Position numbers and translations under genes: made by a program
In this document: piece by piece, positions 39,662 to 54,052 of the stretch
Position numbering within the stretch: position 1 is the first letter of the stretch
Layout: each line of letters begins with the position of its first letter
The notes under the pieces: model-generated
Seen by the model: only the letters and a program-made list of their open reading frames with translations
What the model was told of the DNA's origin: nothing
Databases searched by the model: none
From: Auanema rhodensis
Taxonomy: Eukaryota > Animalia > Nematoda
DNA: 64,000 nt
Direction of reading: 5' to 3'
Assembly: GCA_964057225.1 (NCBI GenBank)
Contig: OZ059897.1
Span: forward strand, 4,278,001 to 4,342,000

Positions 39662-42600
39662 CTTATATCCTCGATTTTCACCCTGAAGAAATGATTTTTT
39701 CGTTGAAAAACATTGTCCATCGTATTCGTCTTGAAAAAAAGAATCTAAAAACATCTACTTTTTGTGAAATTATTCAGAAATTTTTCGGGAAAATTTTTGT
39801 CAAAATGTTTTTGGAAGCAATGTTGAGTGTACATGGGAACTCAACATACACTAATGCATTATTTTTCAAACGATCATAACTAATTTTTGTATGGAGCGTT
39901 TCTCAATGTAGTATAGTGCATTCGATGCGGATTTTTAAGCTGCGTTGATCTGTGTTATCAGATTTGCGCTAGCTTAAAAATGCACCGAGTAATCAACTGA
40001 TATAGGTTCACACTTATATCCTCGATTTTCACCCTGAAGAATTAATTTTTTCGTTGAATAACATTGTCCATCGTCTTTGCCTTGAAAAAAGAAATCTAAA
40101 AACTCCTACTTTTCGTGAAATTATTTAGAAATTTTTCGGGAAAATTTTTGTCACAATGTTTTTGGAAGCAATGTTGAGTGTACATGGGAACTCAGCATAC
40201 ACTAATGCATTATTTTTCAAACGATCATAACTAATTTTTGTATAGAGCGTTTCTCAATGTAGTATAGTTCATTCGATGCGGATTTTTAAGCTGCGTCGAT
40301 CTGTGTTATCAGATTTGAGTTAGCTTAAAAATGCACCGAGATATCAACTGATATATGTTCACACTTATATCCTCGATTTTCACCCTGAAGAATTGATTTT
40401 TTCGTTAACAAACATTGTCCATCGTATTCGTCTTGAAAAAAGGAATCTAAAAACATCTACTTTTTGTGAAATTATTTAGAAATTTTTCGGGAAAATTTTT
40501 GTCAAAATGTTTTTGGAAGCAATGTTGAGTGTACATGGGAACTCAACATACACTAATGCATTATTTTTCAAACGATCATAACTAATTTTTGTATAGAGCG
40601 TTTCTCAATGTAGTATAGTGCATTCGATGCGGATTTTTAAGCTGCGTCGATCTGTGTTATCAGATTTGCGCTAGCTTAAAAATGCACCGAGTAATCAACT
40701 GATATAGGTTCACACTTATATCCTCGATTTTAACCCTGAAGAGTTAATTTTTTCGTTGAATAACATTGTCCATCGTCTTTGCCTTGAAAAAAGAAATCTA
40801 AAAACTCCTACTTTTTGTGAAATTATTAAGAAATTTTTCGGGAAAATTTTTGTCACAATGTTTTTGGAAGCAATGTTGAGTGTACATGGGAACTCAGCAT
40901 ACACTAATGCATTATTTTTCGAACGATCATAACTAATTTTTGTATAGAGCGTTTCTCAATGTAGTATAGTGCATTCGATGCGGATTTTTAAGCTGCGTCG
41001 ATCTGTGTTATCAGATTTGCGCTAGCTTAAAAATGCACCGAGTAATCAACTGATATAGGTTCACACTTATATCCTCGATTTTCACCCTGAAGAATTAATT
41101 TTTTCGTTGAATAACATTGTCCATCGTCTTTGCCTTGAAAAAAGAAATCTAAAAACTCCTACTTTTTGTGAAATTATTTAGAAATTTTTCGGGAAAATTT
41201 TTGTCACAATGTTTTTGGAAGCAATGTTGAGTGTACATGGGAACTCAGCATACACTAATGCATTATTTTTCAAACGACCATAACTAATTTTTGTATAGAG
41301 CGTTTCTCAATGTAGTATAGTGCATTCGATGCGGATTTTTAAGCTGCGTCGATCTGTGTTATCAGATTTGCGCTAGCTTAAAAATGCACCGAGTAATCAA
41401 CTGATATAGGTTCACACTTATATCCTCGATTTTCACCCTGAAGAATTAATTTTTTCGTTGAATAACATTGTCCATCGTCTTTGCCTTGAAAAAAGAAATC
41501 TAAAAACTCCTACTTTTTGTGAAATTATTTAGAAATTTTTCGGGAAAATTTTTGTCACAATGTTTTTGGAAGCAATGTTGAGTGTACATGGGAACTCAGC
41601 ATACACTAATGCATTATTTTTCAAACGATCATAACTAATTTTTGTATAGAGCGTTTCTCAATGTAGTATAGTGCATTCGATGCGGATTTTTAAGCTGCGT
41701 CGATCTGTGTTATCAGATTTGAGTTAGCTTAAAAATGCACCGAGATATCAACTGATATATGTTCACACTTATATCCTCGATTTTCACCCTGAAGAAATGA
41801 TTTTTTCGTTGAAAAACATTGTCCATCGTATTCGTCTTGAAAAAAAGAATCTAAAAACATCTACTTTTTGTGAAATTATTCAGAAATTTTTCGGGAAAAT
41901 TTTTGTCAAAATGTTTTTGGAAGCAATGTTGAGTGTACATGGGAACTCAACATACACTAATGCATTATTTTTCAAACGATCATAACTAATTTTTGTATGG
42001 AGCGTTTCTCAATGTAGTATAGTGCATTCGATGCGGATTTTTAAGCTGCGTTGATCTGTGTTATCAGATTTGCGCTAGCTTAAAAATGCACCGAGTAATC
42101 AACTGATATAGGTTCACACTTATATCCTCGATTTTCACCCTGAAGAATTAATTTTTTCGTTGAATAACATTGTCCATCGTCTTTGCCTTGAAAAAAGAAA
42201 TCTAAAAACTCCTACTTTTTGTGAAATTATTTAGAAATTTTTCGGGAAAATTTTTGTCACAATGTTTTTGGAAGCAATGTTGAGTGTACATGGGAACTCA
42301 GCATACACTAATGCATTATTTTTCAAACGATCATAACTAATTTTTGTATAGAGCGTTTCTCAATGTAGTATAGTGCATTCGATGCGGATTTTTAAGCTGC
42401 GTCGATCTGTGTTATCAGATTTGAGTTAGCTTAAAAATGCACCGAGATATCAACTGATATATGTTCACACTTATATCCTCGATTTTCACCCTGAAGAAAT
42501 GATTTTTTCGTTGAAAAACATTGTCCATCGTATTCGTCTTGAAAAAAAGAATCTAAAAACATCTACTTTTTGTGAAATTATTCAGAAATTTTTCGGGAAA

Positions 42601-42820
42601 ATTTTTGTCAAAATGTTTTTGGAAGCAATGTTGAGTGTACATGGGAACTCAACATACACTAATGCATTATTTTTCAAACGATCATAACTAATTTTTGTAT
42701 GGAGCGTTTCTCAATGTAGTATAGTGCATTCGATGCGGATTTTTAAGCTGCGTTGATCTGTGTTATCAGATTTGCGCTAGCTTAAAAATGCACCGAGTAA
42801 TCAACTGATATAGGTTCACA

Positions 42821-45800
42821 CTTATATCCTCGATTTTCACCCTGAAGAATTAATTTTTTCGTTGAATAACATTGTCCATCGTCTTTGCCTTGAAAAAAGA
42901 AATCTAAAAACTCCTACTTTTCGTGAAATTATTTAGAAATTTTTCGGGAAAATTTTTGTCACAATGTTTTTGGAAGCAATGTTGAGTGTACATGGGAACT
43001 CAGCATACACTAATGCATTATTTTTCAAACGATCATAACTAATTTTTGTATAGAGCGTTTCTCAATGTAGTATAGTTCATTCGATGCGGATTTTTAAGCT
43101 GCGTCGATCTGTGTTATCAGATTTGAGTTAGCTTAAAAATGCACCGAGATATCAACTGATATATGTTCACACTTATATCCTCGATTTTCACCCTGAAGAA
43201 ATGATTTTTTCGTTAACAAACATTGTCCATCGTATTCGTCTTGAAAAAAGGAATCTAAAAACTCCTACTTTTTGTGAAATTATTTAGAAATTTTTCGGGA
43301 AAATTTTTGTCACAATGTTTTTGGAAGCAATGTTGAGTGTACATGGGAACTCAGCATACACTAATGCATTATTTTTCAAACGACCATAACTAATTTTTGT
43401 ATAGAGCGTTTCTCAATGTAGTATAGTGCATTCGATGCGGATTTTTAAGCTGCGTCGATCTGTGTTATCAGATTTGCGCTAGCTTAAAAATGCACCGAGT
43501 AATCAACTGATATAGGTTCACACTTATATCCTCGATTTTCACCCTGAAGAATTAATTTTTTCGTTGAATAACATTGTCCATCGTCTTTGCCTTGAAAAAA
43601 GAAATCTAAAAACTCCTACTTTTTGTGAAATTATTTAGAAATTTTTCGGGAAAATTTTTGTCACAATGTTTTTGGAAGCAATGTTGAGTGTACATGGGAA
43701 CTCAGCATACACTAATGCATTATTTTTCAAACGATCATAACTAATTTTTGTATAGAGCGTTTCTCAATGTAGTATAGTGCATTCGATGCGGATTTTTAAG
43801 CTGCGTCGATATGTGTTATCAGATTTGAGTTAGCTTGAAAATGCACCGAGATATCAACTGATATATGTTCACACTTATATCCTCGATTTTCACCCTGAAG
43901 AATTAATTTTTTCGTTGAATAACATTGTCCATCGTCTTTGCCTTGAAAAAAGAAATCTAAAAACTCCTACTTTTTGTGAAATTATTTAGAAATTTTTCGG
44001 GAAAATTTTTGTCAAAATGTTTTTGGAAGCAATGTTGAGTGTACATGGGAACTCAGCATACACTAATGCATTATTTTTCAAACGATCATAACTAATTTTT
44101 GTATAGAGCGTTTCTCAATGTAGTATAGTTCATTCGATGCGGATTTTTAAGCTGCGTCGATCTGTGTTATCAGATTTGAGTTAGCTTAAAAATGCACCGA
44201 GATATCAACTGATATATGTTCACACTTATATCCTCGATTTTCACCCTGAAGAAATGATTTTTTCGTTAACAAACATTGTCCATCGTATTCGTCTTGAAAA
44301 AAGGAATCTAAAAACATCTACTTTTTGTGAAATTATTTAGAAATTTTTCGGGAAAATTTTTGTCAAAATGTTTTTGGAAGCAATGTTGAGTGTACATGGG
44401 AACTCAGCATACACTAATGCATTATTTTTCAAACGATCATAACTAATTTTTGTATAGAGCGTTTCTCAATGTAGTATAGTGCATTCGATGCGGATTTTTA
44501 AGCTGCGTCGATCTGTGTTATCAGATTTGCGCTAGCTTAAAAATGCACCGAGTAATCAACTGATATAGGTTCACACTTATATCCTCGATTTTCACCCTGA
44601 AGAATTAATTTTTTCGTTGAATAACATTGTCCATCGTCTTTGCCTTGAAAAAAGAAATCTAAAAACTCCTACTTTTTGTGAAATTATTAAGAAATTTTTC
44701 GGGAAAATTTTTGTCACAATGTTTTTGGAAGCAATGTTGAGTGTACATGGGAACTCAGCATACACTAATGCATTATTTTTCGAACGATCGTAACTAATTT
44801 TTGTATAGAGCGTTTCTCAATGTAGTATAGTGCATTCGATGCGGATTTTTAAGCTGCGTCGATCTGTGTTATCAGATTTGCGCTAGCTTAAAAATGCACC
44901 GAGTATTCAACTGATATAGGTTCACACTTATATCCTCGATTTTAACCCTGAAGAATTAATTTTTTCGTTGAATAACATTGTCCATCGTCTTTGCCTTGAA
45001 AAAAGAAATCTAAAAACTCCTACTTTTTGTGAAATTATTAAGAAATTTTTCGGGAAAATTTTTGTCACAATGTTTTTGGAAGCAATGTTGAGTGTACATG
45101 GGAACTCAGCATACACTAATGCATTATTTTTCGAACGATCATAACTAATTTTTGTATAGAGCGTTTCTCAATGTAGTATAGTGCATTCGATGCGGATTTT
45201 TAAGCTGCGTCGATATGTGTTATCAGATTTGAGTTAGCTTGAAAATGCACCGAGATATCAACTGATATATGTTCACACTTATATCCTCGATTTTCACCCT
45301 GAAGAATTAATTTTTTCGTTGAATAACATTGTCCATCGTCTTTGCCTTGAAAAAAGAAATCTAAAAACTCCTACTTTTTGTGAAATTATTTAGAAATTTT
45401 TCGGGAAAATTTTTGTCAAAATGTTTTTGGAAGCAATGTTGAGTGTACATGGGAACTCAGCATACACTAATGCATTATTTTTCAAACGATCATAACTAAT
45501 TTTTGTATAGAGCGTTTCTCAATGTAGTATAGTTCATTCGATGCGGATTTTTAAGCTGCGTCGATCTGTGTTATCAGATTTGCGCTAGCTTAAAAATGCA
45601 CCGAGTAATCAACTGATATAGGTTCACACTTATATCCTCGATTTTCACCCTGAAGAATTAATTTTTTCGTTGAATAACATTGTCCATCGTCTTTGCCTTG
45701 AAAAAAGAAATCTAAAAACTCCTACTTTTTGTGAAATTATTAAGAAATTTTTCGGGAAAATTTTTGTCACAATGTTTTTGGAAGCAATGTTGAGTGTACA

Positions 45801-48800
45801 TGGGAACTCAGCATACACTAATGCATTATTTTTCGAACGATCATAACTAATTTTTGTATAGAGCGTTTCTCAATGTAGTATAGTGCATTCGATGCGGATT
45901 TTTAAGCTGCGTCGATCTGTGTTATCAGATTTGCTCTAGCTTAAAAATGCACCGAGTAATCAACTGATATAGGTTCACACTTATATCCTCGATTTTCACC
46001 CTGAAGAATTAATTTTTTCGTTGAATAACATTGTCCATCGTCTTTGCCTTGAAAAAAGAAATCTAAAAACTCCTACTTTTTGTGAAATTATTTAGAAATT
46101 TTTCGGGAAAATTTTTGTCACAATGTTTTTGGAAGCAATGTTGAGTGTACATGGGAACTCAACATACACTAATGCATTATTTTTCAAACGATCATAACTA
46201 ATTTTTGTATAGAGCGTTTCTCAATGTAGTATAGTGCATTCGATGCGGATTTTTAAGCTGCGTCGATCTGTGTTATCAGATTTGAGTTAGCTTGAAAATG
46301 CACCGAGATATCAACTGATATATGTTCACACTTATATCCTCGATTTTCACCCTGAAGAATTAATTTTTTCGTTGAATAACATTGTCCTTCGTCTTTGCCT
46401 TGAAAAAAGAAATCTAAAAACTCCTACTTTTTGTGAAATTATTTAGAAATTTTTCGGGAAAATTTTTGTCACAATGTTTTTGGAAGCAATGTTGAGTGTA
46501 CATGGGAACTCAACATACACTAATGCATTATTTTTCAAACGATCATAACTAATTTTTGTATGGAGCGTTTCTCAATGTAGTATAGTGCATTCGATGCGGA
46601 TTTTTAAGCTGCGTTGATCTGTGTTATCAGATTTGCGCTAGCTTAAAAATGCACCGAGTAATCAACTGATATAGGTTCACACTTATATCCTCGATTTTCA
46701 CCCTGAAGAATTAATTTTTTCGTTGAATAACATTGTCCATCGTCTTTGCCTTGAAAAAAGAAATCTAAAAACTCCTACTTTTTGTGAAATTATTTAGAAA
46801 TTTTTCGGGAAAATTTTTGTCACAATGTTTTTGGAAGCAATGTTGAGTGTACATGGGAACTCAACATACACTAATGCATTATTTTTCAAACGATCATAAC
46901 TAATTTTTGTATGGAGCGTTTCTCAATGTAGTATAGTGCATTCGATGCGGATTTTTAAGCTGCGTTGATCTGTGTTATCAGATTTGCGCTAGCTTAAAAA
47001 TGCACCGAGTAATCAACTGATATAGGTTCACACTTATATCCTCGATTTTCACCCTGAAGAATTAATTTTTTCGTTGAATAACATTGTCCATCGTCTTTGC
47101 CTTGAAAAAAGAAATCTAAAAACTCCTACTTTTTGTGAAATTATTTAGAAATTTTTCGGGAAAATTTTTGTCACAATGTTTTTGGAAGCAATGTTGAGTG
47201 TACATGGGAACTCAACATACACTAATGCATTATTTTTCAAACGATCATAACTAATTTTTGTATAGAGCGTTTCTCAATGTAGTATAGTTCATTCGATGCG
47301 GATTTTTAAGCTGCGTCGATCTGTGTTATCAGATTTGCGCTAGCTTAAAAATGCACCGAGTAATCAACTGATATAGGTTCACACTTATATCCTCGATTTT
47401 CACCCTGAAGAATTAATTTTTTCGTTGAATAACATTGTCCATCGTCTTTGCCTTGAAAAAAGAAATCTAAAAACTCCTACTTTTTGTGAAATTATTAAGA
47501 AATTTTTCGGGAAAATTTTTGTCACAATGTTTTTGGAAGCAATGTTGAGTGTACATGGGAACTCAGCATACACTAATGCATTATTTTTCGAACGATCACA
47601 ACTAATTTTTGTATAGAGCGTTTCTCAATGTAGTATAGTGCATTCGATGCGGATTTTTAAGCTGCGTCGATCTGTGTTATCAGATTTGCTCTAGCTTAAA
47701 AATGCACCGAGTAATCAACTGATATAGGTTCACACTTATATCCTCGATTTTCACCCTGAAGAATTAATTTTTTCGTTGAATAACATTGTCCATCGTCTTT
47801 GCCTTGAAAAAAGAAATCTAAAAACTCCTACTTTTTGTGAAATTATTTAGAAATTTTTCGGGAAAATTTTTGTCACAATGTTTTTGGAAGCAATGTTGAG
47901 TGTACATGGGAACTCAACATACACTAATGCATTATTTTTCAAACGATCATAACTAATTTTTGTATAGAGCGTTTCTCAATGTAGTATAGTGCATTCGATG
48001 CGGATTTTTAAGCTGCGTCGATCTGTGTTATCAGATTTGAGTTAGCTTGAAAATGCACCGAGATATCAACTGATATATGTTCACACTTATATCCTCGATT
48101 TTCACCCTGAAGAATTAATTTTTTCGTTGAATAACATTGTCCTTCGTCTTTGCCTTGAAAAAAGAAATCTAAAAACTCCTACTTTTTGTGAAATTATTTA
48201 GAAATTTTTCGGGAAAATTTTTGTCACAATGTTTTTGGAAGCAATGTTGAGTGTACATGGGAACTCAACATACACTAATGCATTATTTTTCAAACGATCA
48301 TAACTAATTTTTGTATGGAGCGTTTCTCAATGTAGTATAGTGCATTCGATGCGGATTTTTAAGCTGCGTTGATCTGTGTTATCAGATTTGCGCTAGCTTA
48401 AAAATGCACCGAGTAATCAACTGATATAGGTTCACACTTATATCCTCGATTTTCACCCTGAAGAATTAATTTTTTCGTTGAATAACATTGTCCATCGTCT
48501 TTGCCTTGAAAAAAGAAATCTAAAAACTCCTACTTTTTGTGAAATTATTTAGAAATTTTTCGGGAAAATTTTTGTCACAATGTTTTTGGAAGCAATGTTG
48601 AGTGTACATGGGAACTCAACATACACTAATGCATTATTTTTCAAACGATCATAACTAATTTTTGTATGGAGCGTTTCTCAATGTAGTATAGTGCATTCGA
48701 TGCGGATTTTTAAGCTGCGTTGATCTGTGTTATCAGATTTGCGCTAGCTTAAAAATGCACCGAGTAATCAACTGATATAGGTTCACACTTATATCCTCGA

Positions 48801-51800
48801 TTTTCACCCTGAAGAATTAATTTTTTCGTTGAATAACATTGTCCATCGTCTTTGCCTTGAAAAAAGAAATCTAAAAACTCCTACTTTTTGTGAAATTATT
48901 TAGAAATTTTTCGGGAAAATTTTTGTCACAATGTTTTTGGAAGCAATGTTGAGTGTACATGGGAACTCAGCATACACTAATGCATTATTTTTCAAACGAT
49001 CATAACTAATTTTTGTATGGAGCGTTTCTCAATGTAGTATAGTGCATTCGATGCGGATTTTTAAGCTGCGTTGATCTGTGTTATCAGATTTGCGCTAGCT
49101 TAAAAATGCACCGAGTAATCAACTGATATAGGTTCACACTTATATCCTCGATTTTCACCCTGAAGAATTAATTTTTTCGTTGAATAACGTTGTCCATCGT
49201 CTTTGCCTTGAAAAAAGAAATCTAAAAACTCCTACTTTTTGTGAAATTATTAAGAAATTTTTCGGGAAAATTTTTGTCACAATGTTTTTGGAAGCAATAT
49301 TGAGTGTACATGGGAACTCAGCATACACTAATGCATTATTTTTCGAACGATCATAACTAATTTTTGTATAGAGCGTTTCTCAATGTAGTATAGTGCATTC
49401 GATGCGGATTTTTAAGCTGCGTCGATATGTGTTATCAGATTTGAGTTAGCTTGAAAATGCACCGAGATATCAACTGATATATGTTCACACTTATATCCTC
49501 GATTTTCACCCTGAAGAATTAATTTTTTCGTTGAATAACATTGTCCATCGTCTTTGCATTGAAAAAAGAAATCTAAAAACTCCTACTTTTTGTGAAATTA
49601 TTAAGAAATTTTTCGGGAAAATTTTTGTCACAATGTTTTTGGAAGCAATGTTGAGTGTACATGGGAACTCAGCATACACTAATGCATTATTTTTCAAACG
49701 ATCATAACTAATTTTTGTATAAAGCGTTTCTCAATGTAGTATAGTTCATTCGATGCGGATTTTTAAGCTGCGTCGATCTGTGTTATCAGATTTGAGTTAG
49801 CTTAAAAATGCACCGAGATATCAACTGATATATGTTCACACTTATATCCTCGATTTTCACCCTGAAGAAATGATTTTTTCGTTAACAAACATTGTCCATC
49901 GTATTCGTCTTGAAAAAAGGAATCTAAAAACATCTACTTTTTGTGAAATTATCTAGAAATTTTTCGGGAAAATTTTTGTCAAAATGTTTTTGGAAGCAAT
50001 GTTGAGTGTACATGGGAACTCAACATACACTAATGCATTATTTTTCAAACGATCATAACTAATTTTTGTATGGAGCGTTTCTCAATGTAGTATAGTGCAT
50101 TCGATGCGGATTTTTAAGCTGCGTCGATCTGTGTTATCAGATTTGCGCTAGCTTAAAAATGCACCGAGTAATCAACTGATATAGGTTCACACTTATATCC
50201 TCGATTTTCACCCTGAAGAATTAATTTTTTCGTTGAATAACATTGTCCATCGTCTTTGCCTTGAAAAAAGAAATCTAAAAACTCCTACTTTTTGTGAAAT
50301 TATTAAGAAATTTTTCGGGAAAATTTTTGTCACAATGTTTTTGGAAGCAATGTTGAGTGTACATGGGAACTCAGCATACACTAATGCATTATTTTTCGAA
50401 CGATCATAACTAATTTTTGTATAGAGCGTTTCTCAATGTAGTATAGTGCATTCGATGCGGATTTTTAAGCTGCGTCGATCTGTGTTATCAGATTTGCGCT
50501 AGCTTAAAAATGCACCGAGTAATCAACTGATATAGGTTCACACTTATATCCTCGATTTTCACCCTGAAGAATTAATTTTTTCGTTGAATAACATTGTCCA
50601 TCGTCTTTGCCTTGAAAAAAGAAATCTAAAAACTCCTACTTTTTGTGAAATTATTTAGAAATTTTTCGGGAAAATTTTTGTCACAATGTTTTTGGAAGCA
50701 ATGTTGAGTGTACATGGGAACTCAACATACACTAATGCATTATTTTTCAAACGATCATAACTAATTTTTGTATAGAGCGTTTCTCAATGTAGTATAGTGC
50801 ATTCGATGCGGATTTTTAAGCTGCGTCGATCTGTGTTATCAGATTTGAGTTAGCTTGAAAATGCACCGAGATATCAACTGATATATGTTCACACTTATAT
50901 CCTCGATTTTCACCCTGAAGAATTAATTTTTTCGTTGAATAACATTGTCCTTCGTCTTTGCCTTGAAAAAAGAAATCTAAAAACTCCTACTTTTTGTGAA
51001 ATTATTTAGAAATTTTTCGGGAAAATTTTTGTCACAATGTTTTTGGAAGCAATGTTGAGTGTACATGGGAACTCAACATACACTAATGCATTATTTTTCA
51101 AACGATCATAACTAATTTTTGTATGGAGCGTTTCTCAATGTAGTATAGTGCATTCGATGCGGATTTTTAAGCTGCGTTGATCTGTGTTATCAGATTTGCG
51201 CTAGCTTAAAAATGCACCGAGTAATCAACTGATATAGGTTCACACTTATATCCTCGATTTTCACCCTGAAGAATTAATTTTTTCGTTGAATAACATTGTC
51301 CATCGTCTTTGCCTTGAAAAAAGAAATCTAAAAACTCCTACTTTTTGTGAAATTATTTAGAAATTTTTCGGGAAAATTTTTGTCACAATGTTTTTGGAAG
51401 CAATGTTGAGTGTACATGGGAACTCAGCATACACTAATGCATTATTTTTCAAACGATCATAACTAATTTTTGTATGGAGCGTTTCTCAATGTAGTATAGT
51501 GCATTCGATGCGGATTTTTAAGCTGCGTTGATCTGTGTTATCAGATTTGCGCTAGCTTAAAAATGCACCGAGTAATCAACTGATATAGGTTCACACTTAT
51601 ATCCTCGATTTTCACCCTGAAGAATTAATTTTTTCGTTGAATAACGTTGTCCATCGTCTTTGCCTTGAAAAAAAAAATCTAAAAACTCCTACTTTTTGTG
51701 AAATTATTTAGAAATTTTTCGGGAAAATTTTTGTCACAATGTTTTTGGAAGCAATGTTGAGTGTACATGGGAACTCAACATACACTAATGCATTATTTTT

Positions 51801-54052
51801 CAAACGATCATAACTAATTTTTGTATAGAGCGTTTCTCAATGTAGTATAGTGCATTCGATGCGGATTTTTAAGCTGCGTCGATCTGTGTTATCAGATTTG
51901 AGTTAGCTTGAAAATGCACCGAGATATCAACTGATATATGTTCACACTTATATCCTCGATTTTCACCCTGAAGAATTAATTTTTTCGTTGAATAACATTG
52001 TCCTTCGTCTTTGCCTTGAAAAAAGAAATCTAAAAACTCCTACTTTTTGTGAAATTATTTAGAAATTTTTCGGGAAAATTTTTGTCACAATGTTTTTGGA
52101 AGCAATGTTGAGTGTACATGGGAACTCAACATACACTAATGCATTATTTTTCAAACGATCATAACTAATTTTTGTATGGAGCGTTTCTCAATGTAGTATA
52201 GTGCATTCGATGCGGATTTTTAAGCTGCGTTGATCTGTGTTATCAGATTTGCGCTAGCTTAAAAATGCACCGAGTAATCAACTGATATAGGTTCACACTT
52301 ATATCCTCGATTTTCACCCTGAAGAATTAATTTTTTCGTTGAATAACATTGTCCATCGTCTTTGCCTTGAAAAAAGAAATCTAAAAACTCCTACTTTTTG
52401 TGAAATTATTTAGAAATTTTTCGGGAAAATTTTTGTCACAATGTTTTTGGAAGCAATGTTGAGTGTACATGGGAACTCAGCATACACTAATGCATTATTT
52501 TTCAAACGATCATAACTAATTTTTGTATGGAGCGTTTCTCAATGTAGTATAGTGCATTCGATGCGGATTTTTAAGCTGCGTTGATCTGTGTTATCAGATT
52601 TGCGCTAGCTTAAAAATGCACCGAGTAATCAACTGATATAGGTTCACACTTATATCCTCGATTTTCACCCTGAAGAATTAATTTTTTCGTTGAATAACGT
52701 TGTCCATCGTCTTTGCCTTGAAAAAAAAAATCTAAAAACTCCTACTTTTTGTGAAATTATTTAGAAATTTTTCGGGAAAATTTTTGTCACAATGTTTTTG
52801 GAAGCAATGTTGAGTGTACATGGGAACTCAGCATACACTAATGCATTATTTTTCAAACGATCATAACTAATTTTTGTATGGAGCGTTTTTCAATGTAGTA
52901 TAGTGCATTCGATGCGGATTTTTAAGCTGCGTCGATCTGTGTTATCAGATTTGAGTTAGCTTGAAAATGCACCGAGATATCAACTGATATATGTTCACAC
53001 TTATATCCTCGATTTTCACCCTGAAGAAATGATTTTTTCGTTAACAAACATTGTCCATCGTATTCGTCTTGAAAAAAGGAATCTAAAAACATCTACTTTT
53101 TGTGAAATTATTTAGAAATTTTTCGGGAAAATTTTTGTCAAAATGTTTTTGGAAGCAATGTTGAGTGTACATGGGAACTCAACATACACTAATGCATTAT
53201 TTTTCAAACGATCATAACTAATTTTTGTATAGAGCGTTTCTCAATGTAGTATAGTGCATTCGATGCGGATTTTTAAGCTGCGTCGATCTGTGTTATCAGA
53301 TTTGCGCTAGCTTAAAAATGCACCGAGTAATCAACTGATATAGGTTCACACTTATATCCTCGATTTTCACCCTGAAGAATTAATTTTTTCGTTGAATAAC
53401 ATTGTCCATCGTCTTTGCCTTGAAAAAAGAAATCTAAAAACTCCTACTTTTTGTGAAATTATTAAGAAATTTTTCGGGAAAATTTTTGTCACAATGTTTT
53501 TGGAAGCAATGTTGAGTGTACATGGGAACTCAGCATACACTAATGCATTATTTTTCAAACGATCATAACTAATTTTTGTATGGAGCGTTTCTCAATGTAG
53601 TATAGTGCATTCGATGCGGATTTTTAAGCTGCGTTGATCTGTGTTATCAGATTTGCGCTAGCTTAAAAATGCACCGAGTAATCAACTGATATAGGTTCAC
53701 ACTTATATCCTCGATTTTCACCCTGAAGAATTAATTTTTTCGTTGAATAACATTGTCCATCGTCTTTGCCTTGAAAAAAGAAATCTAAAAACTCCTACTT
53801 TTCGTGAAATTATTTAGAAATTTTTCGGGAAAATTTTTGTCACAATGTTTTTGGAAGCAATGTTGAGTGTACATGGGAACTCAGCATACACTAATGCATT
53901 ATTTTTCAAACGATCATAACTAATTTTTGTATAGAGCGTTTCTCAATGTAGTGTAGTGCATTCGATGCGGATTTTTAAGCTGCGTCGATCTGTGTTATCA
54001 GATTTGAGTTAGCTTGAAAATGCACCGAGATATCAACTGATATATGTTCACA
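42821..54052 (+). repeat. B-rich subdomain, including 15 consecutive B-head monomers (44576-49840)
   Basis: No MIFSLK ORF between 42687 and 54433. Only four A-like heads are present (43172, 44225, 49841, 53000), all with the gttaacaaac variant. Confidence 0.88.
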
